Part shown: positions 1 to 9,614 of the stretch, piece by piece
Layout of the letters: every line of letters begins with the position of its first letter
Numbering within the stretch: position 1 is the first letter of the stretch
Source: Dialister hominis
GTDB lineage: Archaea; Thermoplasmatota; Thermoplasmata; Methanomassiliicoccales; Methanomethylophilaceae
DNA: 64,000 nucleotides
Reading direction: 5' to 3'
Assembly (NCBI GenBank): GCA_963640995.1
Contig: CAVICI010000003.1
Coordinates: 6,754-70,753 of the forward strand
The notes under the pieces: generated by a model
The model's input: the letters and a program-made list of their open reading frames with translations, nothing else
Databases searched by the model: none
What the model was told of the DNA's origin: nothing
Made by a program: the position numbers and the translations under genes

Positions 1-4
1 CGCC

Positions 5-346
5 ATGGCCGGGAAGTGCATCATCCTGGTGGAGGGCGCGAACGATGTCGCATCCCTCGAGGACGCGGGCGTGGCCGGGACGTTCCGCTGCGTCCAGAGC
101 ACCGGAGGGCCGGTGCGGGCCGCGGAGCATGTCTGGCATTCCGGCAGGGACGCCGTCATCCTGACCGACTGGGACCGCAGGGGCGACAGCCTGGCGGAAG
201 CACTCGCGGAGAACCTCGCGTCCCTGGACGTTCGCTTCGACACAGGCATCAGGAAGAGGATGGCGTCCGTCTGCAGGCCGTTCTGCAAGGATGTGGAGTC
301 GGTGCATTCCGTGAAGCGGATGCTCGAATCCAGGGCATCCTATTAA
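5..346 (+). CDS. Small TOPRIM-domain protein (possibly 5'-truncated by the window edge)
   Basis: ILVEGAND and ILTDWDRRG TOPRIM motifs. Confidence 0.75.
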   Translation: MAGKCIILVEGANDVASLEDAGVAGTFRCVQSTGGPVRAAEHVWHSGRDAVILTDWDRRGDSLAEALAENLASLDVRFDTGIRKRMASVCRPFCKDVESVHSVKRMLESRASY

Positions 347-372
347 GTCGGTACGGGGATGCAGGTCCCTGG

Positions 373-969
373 ATGAACGGCCGTTTGATTGTATTCGAGG
401 GAATCGACGGGGTCGGCAAGACCACTGTCTGCAGGAAGGCCGCGGAAGCGCTGGAAGCCCGCGGGATGGAGGTAGAGGTCACAGCCGAGCCCACGCACGA
501 GGGCATCGGCGCGTTCATACGCTCCGGCGATGCAGGGAAGATATCGCAGCGCACCGAAGCCCTCCTGTTCGTCGCGGACCGCAACGACCATACCGAGAAG
601 ATGTGCAGGTCCCGCGATGCCGGCAAGGTGGTCCTGTGCGACCGCTACTTCGCATCGACGGTGGCATACCAGTCGGCGAAGCTCGACGGCGACTCCACCG
701 ACCGCGGATGGCTCTTGGAGATCAACAGGCCGTTCGCCGGCGTCCCCGATGCGGTCATACTGCTGGACATGGACCCCGAGAAGAGCCTGGACAGGGTGTC
801 CTCGAGAGGGGAGGCCGAGAGCAAGTTCGAGAGCCTGGAGTTCCTGCGGCAGGTGCGCAGGGAGTACCTCAGGCTCGCCGGCGATTTCGGATTCTGCAAG
901 GTAGATGCTTCGGCCGGGCCCGATGCGGTGCTCGCCGAGGTCATGAAGATCATAGACGAGGTTGTTTGA
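373..969 (+). CDS. tmk: Thymidylate (dTMP) kinase
   Basis: FEGIDGVGKTT P-loop, LCDRY and AYQ motifs; ATG at 373 inside ORF 16..969. Confidence 0.93.
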   Translation: MNGRLIVFEGIDGVGKTTVCRKAAEALEARGMEVEVTAEPTHEGIGAFIRSGDAGKISQRTEALLFVADRNDHTEKMCRSRDAGKVVLCDRYFASTVAYQSAKLDGDSTDRGWLLEINRPFAGVPDAVILLDMDPEKSLDRVSSRGEAESKFESLEFLRQVRREYLRLAGDFGFCKVDASAGPDAVLAEVMKIIDEVV

Positions 970-970
970 G

Positions 971-2173
971 ATGCATCCGTCAGAGGAGATATACTGCGAG
1001 AAGAGCACCAAGCTCAGGGGAAAGACCATCGTGATGGGGATCACGGGGAGCATCGCCGCCGTGGAGTGCTTCGCGACCATCAGGGAGCTCATCAGGCACG
1101 GCGCGGAGGTGTACCCGGTGATGACGCCGGAGGCTCAGAAGCTCGTGACCCCCGATGCGCTGGAGTTCGCCAGCGGGCACAGGCCGGTCACCGACCTGAC
1201 CGGCAGGACGGAGCACATCACGCTGATGGCCAAGAGGTCCGCCGACCTTCTGCTCATCTACCCCGCCACGGCCAACACAATATCCAAGATCGCCAACGGC
1301 ATCGACGACACGCCCGTGACGTCGATGGCCACTGTGGCCATGGGGTCCGGCATCCCGATGGCCATCGCCCCCGCGATGCACGATTCCATGTTCTGCAATC
1401 CTGCGGTGAAGGCCAACCTGGAGAAGCTGGCCTCCTGGGGGGTGTCCCTCATCGGCCCCCGCAGCGACGGGGTCCGCGCCAAAGTGGCTTCCAAGGACGA
1501 GGTCGTGGCATGGACGTTCAGGGTGCTGTCGAGGAACCTCTTCCACGGCAGGAAGCTGCTCGTCGTGGGCGGCAGGAGCGAGGAGCCGATAGACTCCATG
1601 AGGATCATAACCAACAGGTCCACTGGCATGATGGCCGTGGAGCTGGCCAAGCGCGCTTTCGAGAGGGGCGCCGACGTGGAGCTGTGGATGGGCGGATGCA
1701 ACGTGGAGCTCCCCGACTACATCCCGACCCGCAGGTACGCGTCCGTGAAGGACCTGGTCTCGATGGTCGGCTCGATCGACCACGACGTCGTCCTGGTCCC
1801 CGCGGCCCTGGCCGATTTCACGCCGCACGAGATCGCGGAGGGGAAGATCCCCAGCGACAGCGGGTTCAGCCTGGACCTGGACTCGGTCCCGAAGGTGCTG
1901 CCCATGATCCGCGCCAAGTGCCCCGTGGTCATAGGGTTCAAGGCGGAGTCCGGGCTCTCGAAGCACGGCCTGGCGGAGAAGGCCAGGTCCCGCCTGGAGG
2001 AATACGGGCTGTCGGCCGTGGTGGCCAACGACATCGACGTCGTGGGGAGGACATCGTCCTCGGCCATCCTGGTCACCAAGGGCGAGTCGAAGGACATCTC
2101 CGGGACCAAGGCCGAAGTGTCGGATGCGGTCCTGGACTTCTGCGTGAAGTGCCTCCGATGCCGGATACGATGA
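971..2173 (+). CDS. coaBC: Bifunctional phosphopantothenoylcysteine decarboxylase/synthetase
   Basis: GITGSIAA, PATANTISK, APAMH, ITNRSTG, GFKAE and VVAND motifs. Confidence 0.93.
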   Translation: MHPSEEIYCEKSTKLRGKTIVMGITGSIAAVECFATIRELIRHGAEVYPVMTPEAQKLVTPDALEFASGHRPVTDLTGRTEHITLMAKRSADLLLIYPATANTISKIANGIDDTPVTSMATVAMGSGIPMAIAPAMHDSMFCNPAVKANLEKLASWGVSLIGPRSDGVRAKVASKDEVVAWTFRVLSRNLFHGRKLLVVGGRSEEPIDSMRIITNRSTGMMAVELAKRAFERGADVELWMGGCNVELPDYIPTRRYASVKDLVSMVGSIDHDVVLVPAALADFTPHEIAEGKIPSDSGFSLDLDSVPKVLPMIRAKCPVVIGFKAESGLSKHGLAEKARSRLEEYGLSAVVANDIDVVGRTSSSAILVTKGESKDISGTKAEVSDAVLDFCVKCLRCRIR

Positions 2174-3033
2174 TCTCCGCGTTCTGCCCCGGCCACATCT
2201 CCTGCGTCTTCCAGCCCATGTCGTCCTTCGACGGCCTGAGCACGGGCTCCAGGGGGATCGGCATACGCCTGGACAGGGGATGCACCGCCAGCGTGGAGGA
2301 GAGGGACGACGGCGTGGTGAACATCTTCCTCGACGGGAGCCAGTCCGTGGCCCACATAACCAGGATGGCCGTTGAGTCCCTGGCCCCGGGCCAGGGGATG
2401 GACGTCCGCATAGAGAACGACCTGCCCGTGAGCCAGGGCTTCGGGATGAGCGCCGCCGGCGCCATCGCCGCGGCGGTATGCGTCGCGGACCTGCACGGGA
2501 TCCCGAGGACGGACGCCTTCAAGGCCGCGCATTGCGCCGAGGTCATGGGCGGCGGGGGCCTGGGCGACGTGGCCGCGATAGTGGCCGGCCTGGACATCCC
2601 CATCAGGACGCTCCCGGGGATGCCTCCGCTGGGGAAGGTCGCCAACGCCCGCTTCAGGATCGACCATCTCACGCTGGGGGTCATCGGAGGGCAGATGAGG
2701 ACCGACTCCGTCCTCGGCAGCCCCTCGGCGGTGGCGAAGATACGCGATGCGGCCACGGCGGCCATGGACCTGTTCCTGAAGGACCCCTCTTACGAGAGCC
2801 TCTTCGCCGCATCCAACATGTTCTCGTCGGAGTCCGGCCTGGAGACGCCCGCGATCCGCCGCGCGATAGTCGGGCTCAACGACCGCGGATACGGGGCGGG
2901 CATGTGCATGCTGGGCAACAGCATCTTCACCGATGCCCCCGAGGACGTGGTCCGGTCGGTCCTGGGCCGCGGCCACGTGAGGACCTACAGGTGCGCTTCC
3001 AGCAGGAAGGAGATCGTCACTCGTAGAGCGTGA
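2170..3033 (+). CDS. Pantoate kinase (GHMP family)
   Basis: AFCPGHIS, PVSQGFGMSAAG, GLGDV and MLGNSIF motifs; ATGA overlap with coaBC. Confidence 0.85.
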   Translation: MISAFCPGHISCVFQPMSSFDGLSTGSRGIGIRLDRGCTASVEERDDGVVNIFLDGSQSVAHITRMAVESLAPGQGMDVRIENDLPVSQGFGMSAAGAIAAAVCVADLHGIPRTDAFKAAHCAEVMGGGGLGDVAAIVAGLDIPIRTLPGMPPLGKVANARFRIDHLTLGVIGGQMRTDSVLGSPSAVAKIRDAATAAMDLFLKDPSYESLFAASNMFSSESGLETPAIRRAIVGLNDRGYGAGMCMLGNSIFTDAPEDVVRSVLGRGHVRTYRCASSRKEIVTRRA

Positions 3034-3319
3034 ACAGGACATCGTCCCCGTCCACGTCGAAGAGCCCGATCCTGGCGCCGCAGTCTAGCCATGCGTGCGC
3101 ATAGTTCACCGCCGCGAATGCTGTGACGATGTCGCCGGAGTCCCTGAAGTGCTTGGCATCGGCGTAGTAGCAGTTGGCCATCTCGAGGAAGCTGTCGGCC
3201 AGCCTGCGGCCGTAGGACTTCTCCGGAGCGGCGACCTTGATCTTCGCCAGCGCCCTGGCCGTGATGTCCAGGTACTTCTCGATGCGCTCGTCCGTGACTG
3301 TGCTCAGCTTCTCTGCCAT
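3017..3319 (-). CDS. DUF357-family archaeal protein
   Basis: YYADAKHF...AFAAVNYAHAWLDCGARIG signature. Confidence 0.8.
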   Translation of the reverse strand: MAEKLSTVTDERIEKYLDITARALAKIKVAAPEKSYGRRLADSFLEMANCYYADAKHFRDSGDIVTAFAAVNYAHAWLDCGARIGLFDVDGDDVLFTLYE

Positions 3320-3404
3320 GGCGGGCCCATCCCCGTTCCACGATAATTGGGTTGCGGGCGCCCGCGCGATAGTGTAATAAGCAACAGGCGTTTAACATCG
3401 GATC

Positions 3405-4262
3405 ATGATAATCGTAGGCGGGTCGTCATCCAGGGACCTGGCCAAGGAGATGGCCTCGATACTGGATTGCGCATACATTCAGGCTGCTTCCACAAAGTTC
3501 CCCGACGGGGAGTGCTACACCAGGATCGACGTGGAGTCGCTGGACGACGACGTGGTCATCGTCCAGAACACGTACCCCAACGACAACCTGATCGAGATGT
3601 TCCTCCTCCAGGACGCCGTCAAGAGGCTCGGCGCCAAGACCATCACCCTGGTCATCCCCTACTTCGGGTACGCCAGGCAGGACCGCGTCTTCAAGCCCGG
3701 AGAGCCCGAGTCCGCCAAGGTCATGTGCAAGCACCTGGGCCTGCTCTGCGACAGGGTCATCACCATCGACATCCACAAGGAGGCCGTCCTGGACTACTTC
3801 AGCTGCCCCCACATGGACCTGAAGGCCGCCGCCGTCATCGCCGACTACTTCAAGGACAAGAAAATCGACCTGGTCCTCTCCCCCGACATCGGGGCCGCGG
3901 GCCGCGCCAAGGATGTTGGCGAGAGGATGGGCCTGCCCTACGACCACCTGGAGAAGACCCGCCTGTCCGGAGTGGACGTCCGCATAGCCCCCGCCAAGAT
4001 GGACTGCACCGGGAAGAGCGTCCTCATCGTGGACGACATGATCTCCACCGGAGGCACCATCATCGCCGCCGCCCAGGCCCTCAGAGAGGCCGGAGCGGTC
4101 AGCGTTTCCGTCGCGTGCACACACGGCGTGTTCGTGAACAACGCCATCGAGAGGCTCACCGGCAGCTCCCTGGACTCCGTCCTGTGCTGCAACACCCTCG
4201 AGAACGAGGTGTCCCACATCTCCGTGGCAGGCATCATCTGCGAAGCCGTCAGGAGGAACTGA
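3405..4262 (+). CDS. prs: Ribose-phosphate pyrophosphokinase
   Basis: FPDGE, PYFGYARQD, VDDMISTGGT and THGVF motifs. Confidence 0.95.
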   Translation: MIIVGGSSSRDLAKEMASILDCAYIQAASTKFPDGECYTRIDVESLDDDVVIVQNTYPNDNLIEMFLLQDAVKRLGAKTITLVIPYFGYARQDRVFKPGEPESAKVMCKHLGLLCDRVITIDIHKEAVLDYFSCPHMDLKAAAVIADYFKDKKIDLVLSPDIGAAGRAKDVGERMGLPYDHLEKTRLSGVDVRIAPAKMDCTGKSVLIVDDMISTGGTIIAAAQALREAGAVSVSVACTHGVFVNNAIERLTGSSLDSVLCCNTLENEVSHISVAGIICEAVRRN

Positions 4263-4266
4263 TCCT

Positions 4267-5670
4267 ATGCCTATGAAAGAGGACGACTTCGCCGACTGGT
4301 ACCTGGACATCGTCGAGAAGGCCAACCTCTCCGACAAGAGGTACCCGATCAAGGGGATGAACGTCTGGACCCCCTACGGGTGGAAGATCATGAGGCAGAT
4401 CGACACCTACATCCGCCAGGAGTTCGACGCCACGGACCACGACGAGGTCTGCTTCCCCCTGATGATCCCGGAGACCGAGTTCGCCAAGGAGAAAGACCAC
4501 ATCAAGGGCTTCGACGAGGAGGTCTACTGGGTCACCCACGCCGGCCTCAACGAGCTCGATGTCAGGCTCGTGGTCAGGCCCACCTCCGAGACGGCCATGT
4601 ACCCCATGTTCTCCCTTTGGGTCAGGTCGCACCAGGACCTTCCGCTGAAGACCTATCAGATTGTCAACACGTTCAGGTACGAGACCAAGCAGACCCGCCC
4701 GTTCATAAGGGTCAGGGAGATCCACTTCTTCGAGTCCCACACCTGCCACGTGTCCGAGGAGGACGCGCAGGGCCAGATCGAGGAAGACATCCAGATCCTC
4801 GAGAGGATCGCCAGGGCCATCTGCCTTCCGTACATGCTCTGCATACGCACCGAGTGGGACAAGTTCCCCGGCGCGCACTACACCGTCGGGATAGACACGT
4901 CCATGCCCAACGGGAGGACGCTCCAGATGGGGTCCATCCACCATTACAGGACGAACTTCTCCATCCCCTACAACATCACCTACGAGGACGAGAACGGGGA
5001 GCACAAGCACGTCCACCAGACGACTTTCGGGATGAGCGAGCGCCTCGTGGGAGCATTAATCGGAGTGCACGGGGACGACCAGGGCCTTGTGATGCCTCCC
5101 GGCATCGCCCCGTTCCAGTGCGTCGTCATCCCGATCTTCAAGAAGGACAACGCCGAGCAGGTGAACGCCGCCTGCGCCGAGATGGTCAAGGTCCTGAAGG
5201 ACGCCGGCATCAGGGTCAAGCTGGACGACAGCGACGCCCGCCCCGGAGCGAAGTACTACGAGTGGGAGATGAAGGGGGTCCCCCTGAGGCTCGAGCTCGG
5301 AGGAAGGGACATCGAGAACGGAGTCGTCGCCTTCGCCAGGAGGGACACCGGAGAGAAGGGCTCCATCGCCCTCGAGTCCCTCGTGCCCGGGATCAGGATG
5401 CTCCTGGACGACATCTCCGAGAACATGTACAGGAAAGCATGCGAGGTGCAGAAGTCCAGGATCCAGGACATCGACTCCATGGAGGGCATCCCCCAGGACA
5501 AGATCCTCAGGCTCGGATGGTGCGGATGCGAGGAGTGCGGCCACAAGTTCGAGGACACGACCGAGTTCAAGATCCTCGGAAGGCCCTACCACCCCGAGCC
5601 CTACTCGGGCAAGTGCATCATCTGTGGCAAGCCGGTCGACAAGGCCGCCTATGCCGCGCACACGATGTGA
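4267..5670 (+). CDS. proS: Proline--tRNA ligase (archaeal type)
   Basis: RPTSET, FRYETKQTRPFIRVRE, GMSER motifs; C-terminal Zn cysteines. Confidence 0.96.
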   Translation: MPMKEDDFADWYLDIVEKANLSDKRYPIKGMNVWTPYGWKIMRQIDTYIRQEFDATDHDEVCFPLMIPETEFAKEKDHIKGFDEEVYWVTHAGLNELDVRLVVRPTSETAMYPMFSLWVRSHQDLPLKTYQIVNTFRYETKQTRPFIRVREIHFFESHTCHVSEEDAQGQIEEDIQILERIARAICLPYMLCIRTEWDKFPGAHYTVGIDTSMPNGRTLQMGSIHHYRTNFSIPYNITYEDENGEHKHVHQTTFGMSERLVGALIGVHGDDQGLVMPPGIAPFQCVVIPIFKKDNAEQVNAACAEMVKVLKDAGIRVKLDDSDARPGAKYYEWEMKGVPLRLELGGRDIENGVVAFARRDTGEKGSIALESLVPGIRMLLDDISENMYRKACEVQKSRIQDIDSMEGIPQDKILRLGWCGCEECGHKFEDTTEFKILGRPYHPEPYSGKCIICGKPVDKAAYAAHTM

Positions 5671-5676
5671 AACCTC

Positions 5677-5722
5677 GGGGGAGCAATCCCCCTTTCTCTT
5701 TCTCTTTCTCTTTCTCTTTCTC
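5677..5722 (+). terminator. Hairpin followed by a (TTTCTC)5 pyrimidine tract; probable proS terminator
   Basis: GGGGGA-GCAA-TCCCCC hairpin followed by TTTCTC repeats. Confidence 0.6.
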
Positions 5723-5735
5723 ATTGTTCGTTCGT

Positions 5736-5921
5736 AAAGAACTCGGAATCCGTGTATCCAAAGCGGAAAAAGAAGTCTGAATCCGTGTATTGAATGGCTG
5801 AAAAGAACTCGGAATCCGTGTATCCAAAGCGGAAAAAGAAGTCTGAATCCGTGTAAGTTAGTGGCAAAAAGAAGTCTGAATCCGTGTAAGTTAGTGGCAA
5901 AAAGAAGTCTGAATCCGTGCA
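5736..5921 (+). repeat. Six-unit tandem array, 33-bp period, 21-bp conserved core AAAGAA(G/C)TC(T/G)GAATCCGTG(T/C)A with 12-bp variable spacers
   Basis: Cores start at 5736, 5769, 5802, 5835, 5868 and 5901. Confidence 0.95.
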
Positions 5922-5952
5922 ATCTAAATATGGCCAGATTATTCCATTATTC

Positions 5953-7317
5953 ATGGGAGTCGAACTGAAGAGAAAAGCATACCAAAAATTGCTTGATTGG
6001 AAGAAGGAGAGCAACGGCAGATCGGCATTGCTAATCAATGGTATGCGCCGTGTGGGAAAGAGCCATCTGGTGAAACTATTTGGCAAAAATGAGTATAGAA
6101 GTTGCCTGGTGGTAGACTTCTCCACTTTGGATCCAGAACTTCTCGACATATTCTATAGGCACTCGTACGATTTGGACATCTTTTTCGAGAAGCTCTCTAC
6201 CTTTCACGGAGTCAGGCTTTATGTCCGTGACAGTCTCGTGATCTTCGACGAAGTGCAGATGTATCCGCGTGCAAGGCAGATGATCAAAAGGCTGGTTGAA
6301 GATGGGCGTTTCGACTACATTGAGACAGGCTCATTGTTATCAATAAAAGCCAACGTTCAAGATATATTGCTCCCGTCTGAAGAAGAAGGATTCGATCTTT
6401 ATCCCTTGGATTTTGAAGAGTTCCTCTGGGCCATGGGGAACGAGACGGCTGGGCCGTACATGCGCAAATGTCTCGAAGAACTACGTCCGTTGGATGTCGG
6501 GCCTCATAAGATGCTAATGAACCAGTTCCGGAGATACATGCTAGTTGGGGGGATGCCCAGCGCGGTTTCAACATTTGTGGAAACCAAGAGCTTCGAGGAT
6601 GCTGAAAAGGAGAAGAGGAAGATTCTCAAGATTTATCGGAACGACATAGGGAAATTCGCAGGAGACTACAAAGGATCTGTAGACCATGTCTTTGAGAGCA
6701 TCCCAGGCCAGTTGAACAAGAAAGAGAAAAGGTTTCTTCTGTCCAGTATAAGCAAGGATGCACGTACGCGCCAGTACGAAGATGCGTTCATGTGGATTGT
6801 TGATGCGATGGTTGCGAACATATGTATCAATGCCACTGATCCGACCGCAGGTCTGTCTATGAGCGAGGACTCATCGACGATGAAGCTGTATCTGGCCGAC
6901 ACGGGTTTGTTAGTGACTATGGCCATGGACATGGGCGTTGCGACTGAAGAGGATATTTACAAAGGCCTCCTACTGGACAAAATCAGCATCAATGAGGGCA
7001 TGTTCGCAGAGAACATCACTGCCCAGGCTCTGCGCTCGACCGGCAAGAAGCTGTTCTTCTACTCGCGCTATGCGAAGCGGGCAGAGGACGGGTCCGTGAA
7101 AGGCCAAACACTTGAGATAGACTTCCTGATCCGCAAAGGACGGGACATCTGCCCGATTGAGGTCAAATCTTCGAAGTGGGTCAGGCACGACTCTCTCGAC
7201 AGGTTCAATGCGATGTTCAAGAAGCGTCTGGGGAAGTCCTACATCCTGTGCACCAAGGACCTCTCGGTCGAAGGGAACATGGTCTTCCTGCCATTGTACA
7301 TGGCATTCCTCTTGTGA
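5953..7317 (+). CDS. AAA_14/DUF4143-type ATPase with C-terminal PD-(D/E)XK-like motif (subfamily A)
   Basis: GMRRVGKS Walker A, FDEVQ Walker B, ETGS, GGMP, KLYLADTGLL, EIDF...PIEVK; TATA-like TCTAAATA at 5923. Confidence 0.85.
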   Translation: MGVELKRKAYQKLLDWKKESNGRSALLINGMRRVGKSHLVKLFGKNEYRSCLVVDFSTLDPELLDIFYRHSYDLDIFFEKLSTFHGVRLYVRDSLVIFDEVQMYPRARQMIKRLVEDGRFDYIETGSLLSIKANVQDILLPSEEEGFDLYPLDFEEFLWAMGNETAGPYMRKCLEELRPLDVGPHKMLMNQFRRYMLVGGMPSAVSTFVETKSFEDAEKEKRKILKIYRNDIGKFAGDYKGSVDHVFESIPGQLNKKEKRFLLSSISKDARTRQYEDAFMWIVDAMVANICINATDPTAGLSMSEDSSTMKLYLADTGLLVTMAMDMGVATEEDIYKGLLLDKISINEGMFAENITAQALRSTGKKLFFYSRYAKRAEDGSVKGQTLEIDFLIRKGRDICPIEVKSSKWVRHDSLDRFNAMFKKRLGKSYILCTKDLSVEGNMVFLPLYMAFLL

Positions 7318-7321
7318 CTCG

Positions 7322-8149
7322 TCATCCAGACTTCTGCAGCAGGGCCTTCGACTCCCTGTATATCTCATCCATGGGCCACGTGTCGATGTAGTCCGGCGAC
7401 GCCTGCAGGATCCTGAAGTGCATGTAGTCGGCGAAATCCTTCGTGGCCTCGTCGAACTCCTTCCTGTCCTCCAGGCCTGTGTCGATCTGCACCACGGATG
7501 TGTAGCCGCACATCTCCAGGATCTCCTTGATGGTCTCCTTGGACTTGCCGGTCACGCCCTTCATCATGTCGGATGCGCCGATGAAGTCCTCCCAGTTCGT
7601 CGCCACGGCAGGAGTGAACAGCATCACGCCGGTGAACTCCTTGATGAGCCTTTGGTATCCTTTCAGCCCTCCGACGGCCACGCCTATGCAGTCGTCGCAG
7701 ACCCTTCCTTCCCGGTCCCTGAACGTCGTCACGGGGTAGATCAGCTCCTTCTCCGCCCATTTGGAGATGTCCCATCCGTAGTTGCCGCACATGCCGTAGT
7801 AGAGGGCGCATGCGTCTACCCTCCCCTGCATCATGATCAGCTCGTCCTGGATGAAGGCCATCAGGTCCTTGGGCTCCGCGTGGAGGCCGAGGTCGTTCAT
7901 CCTGATCACCACCTTGAACCGGCCGTCCCTCAGGGAACCGCCGTTCAGGAAGGTCCACTCGTCCATCACCGTGTACTTCAGCCCGCAGGCGTCCATCTTG
8001 CGCCTGAGGCTCTTGTTCGGCTCGGTGTCTATGACGATGATGTCCTTCTCTTCCGGGTCTGCATGCAGGCTGTGGATCAGCTCGTCCTCCAGCATGGGGC
8101 AGGCCACTGCGGCCAGCACCCCTTCGGTCCTCGGCCCCTGTCCATCCAT
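7322..8149 (-). CDS. DUF1638-like protein
   Basis: ACPMLEDE, LGLHAEP, YGMCGN and DDCI motifs. Confidence 0.7.
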   Translation of the reverse strand: MDGQGPRTEGVLAAVACPMLEDELIHSLHADPEEKDIIVIDTEPNKSLRRKMDACGLKYTVMDEWTFLNGGSLRDGRFKVVIRMNDLGLHAEPKDLMAFIQDELIMMQGRVDACALYYGMCGNYGWDISKWAEKELIYPVTTFRDREGRVCDDCIGVAVGGLKGYQRLIKEFTGVMLFTPAVATNWEDFIGASDMMKGVTGKSKETIKEILEMCGYTSVVQIDTGLEDRKEFDEATKDFADYMHFRILQASPDYIDTWPMDEIYRESKALLQKSG

Positions 8150-8244
8150 AATGTCGTTTCCTCCTTTCCGTGCCCGCGAAGGCGCAGCAACGCTTCATGA
8201 TTCCGACGGCAAGCGATATAACCTTTGGCTTGTTGACTTCGTGC

Positions 8245-9024
8245 ATGGCATTCGCAGAGGGGGAGACGGTCTTCCTGGAGGATTCTAACGGCAAGCGCCT
8301 GTTCGTGAAGGTCGACTACGGGATGGTCAAGGTCCCTTCGCTCGGAGCCATAGACGGCTCCCGCTTCAAGGACCTGGACGACGGGGACAGGCTGACCATC
8401 GTGGGCAGGAGCTACACGGTGTTCCGCCCGGGGGTCCTGGAGCTAATGGGCTCCCTGGACCGCGGAGCGCAGATCATCTCGTCCAAGGACGCCGCGACGA
8501 TCCTGATGCACTGCGACATCAAGTCCGGCGACAGGGTCATCGAGGTCGGCGCCGGCTCGGGAGGGCTGACGACCGCCCTCCTGCATGCGGTCGCGCCCGG
8601 AGGGCACGTCCATACCCTGGAGCTCCGGGAGGAGTACGCCAAGAAGGTGGAGAAGAACGTGTCCCGCACAGGCCTGGACAGATATTGGTCATATTCTATA
8701 GGAGATGCGAGGGAGATGGACGCAGGCATCGGGTGGCAGGCGGACGCCCTGACCATGGACATGCCCGACCCTTGGCTGGCGCTCCCCAACCTGGAGAAGC
8801 ACCTGAAGAACGGCGGCAGGGTGTGCGCATACGTCCCCAACATGAACCAGGTGGAGTCCATCGTGGTCCTGATGAGGGAATCCGGGTATGCAGACGTCTG
8901 CGCCCTGGAGAACATCCAGCGCTACCTGGAGGTCCACCCCGGAGGCGTCAGGCCGTCCTTCGACACGCTCGGCCACACGGGGTACCTTGTGTTCGGCAGG
9001 AAGAGGGCTCCGAAGGCGGAATGA
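8245..9024 (+). CDS. trmI: tRNA (adenine-58-N1)-methyltransferase
   Basis: RGAQII..KD, EVGAGSG, DMPDPW and GHTGYL motifs. Confidence 0.9.
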   Translation: MAFAEGETVFLEDSNGKRLFVKVDYGMVKVPSLGAIDGSRFKDLDDGDRLTIVGRSYTVFRPGVLELMGSLDRGAQIISSKDAATILMHCDIKSGDRVIEVGAGSGGLTTALLHAVAPGGHVHTLELREEYAKKVEKNVSRTGLDRYWSYSIGDAREMDAGIGWQADALTMDMPDPWLALPNLEKHLKNGGRVCAYVPNMNQVESIVVLMRESGYADVCALENIQRYLEVHPGGVRPSFDTLGHTGYLVFGRKRAPKAE

Positions 9025-9156
9025 CCCGTTCCGGATGCGGATTCTCGCGATTTCTGTGCGGATTCCGCAGAACTTGGGAATCAAAGGGATTCGAGTTATC
9101 ATTAGTATTATATAGGATGAGCTTATCCCAACTAATTACAAGCTTAAACTATCCAC

Positions 9157-9233
9157 GGGCCTGTAGCTCAGCTAGGTAGAGCATCTGACTTTTAATCAGG
9201 TGGTCAAGGGTTCGAATCCCTTCAGGCCCGCCA
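9157..9233 (+). tRNA. tRNA-Lys(UUU)
   Basis: GGGCCTG/CAGGCCC acceptor stem, anticodon loop CTTTTAA, GGTTCGAATCC T-arm, encoded CCA. Confidence 0.96.
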
Positions 9234-9343
9234 TGGACTTCATGAGCGATCGAACGGCGGATCAAGTATGAGGAAAGCATGCAGAGCATTTTCTCAAGAA
9301 ACGATTTCCAGCTGACCGGGCTGGGCAAAAGTAGGTGAATCAC

Positions 9344-9610
9344 TTGGCAGAAATCAACTCGTTCAATGTGCTCAAGCACGAGCTAGTGCCTGAGCACCAT
9401 CTCCTGACAGAGGAGCAGGCAGAGGAAGTCCTTCACAGGAAGGGCATAACCCGCGACCAGCTTCCCAAGATCAGGAAAAGCGATCCCGGAATCAAAGTCC
9501 TGGAGAGCGTGCACGAACACCCTATAGAGGAGGGGAGCGTCGTGAAAATCGTCAGGAAGAGCGAAACCGCCCAGGAATTTGTGGCGTACAGGCTCGTAAC
9601 AAGGGGGTAA
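9344..9610 (+). CDS. rpoH: RNA polymerase subunit H (Rpo5)
   Basis: [24 protein letters not shown] and YRLV motifs; TTG start after AGGTGA RBS. Confidence 0.95.
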   Translation: MAEINSFNVLKHELVPEHHLLTEEQAEEVLHRKGITRDQLPKIRKSDPGIKVLESVHEHPIEEGSVVKIVRKSETAQEFVAYRLVTRG

Positions 9611-9614
9611 GCGA

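Noticed and set aside
5736..5921. CRISPR array
   Set aside because: Spacers are only 12 nt and partly duplicated, and there are no cas genes in the window.
9040..9150. Replication origin or sRNA in the AT-rich, palindromic stretch before tRNA-Lys
   Set aside because: No ORB repeats or cdc6 nearby; adequately explained by a terminator plus the tRNA/rpo promoter.
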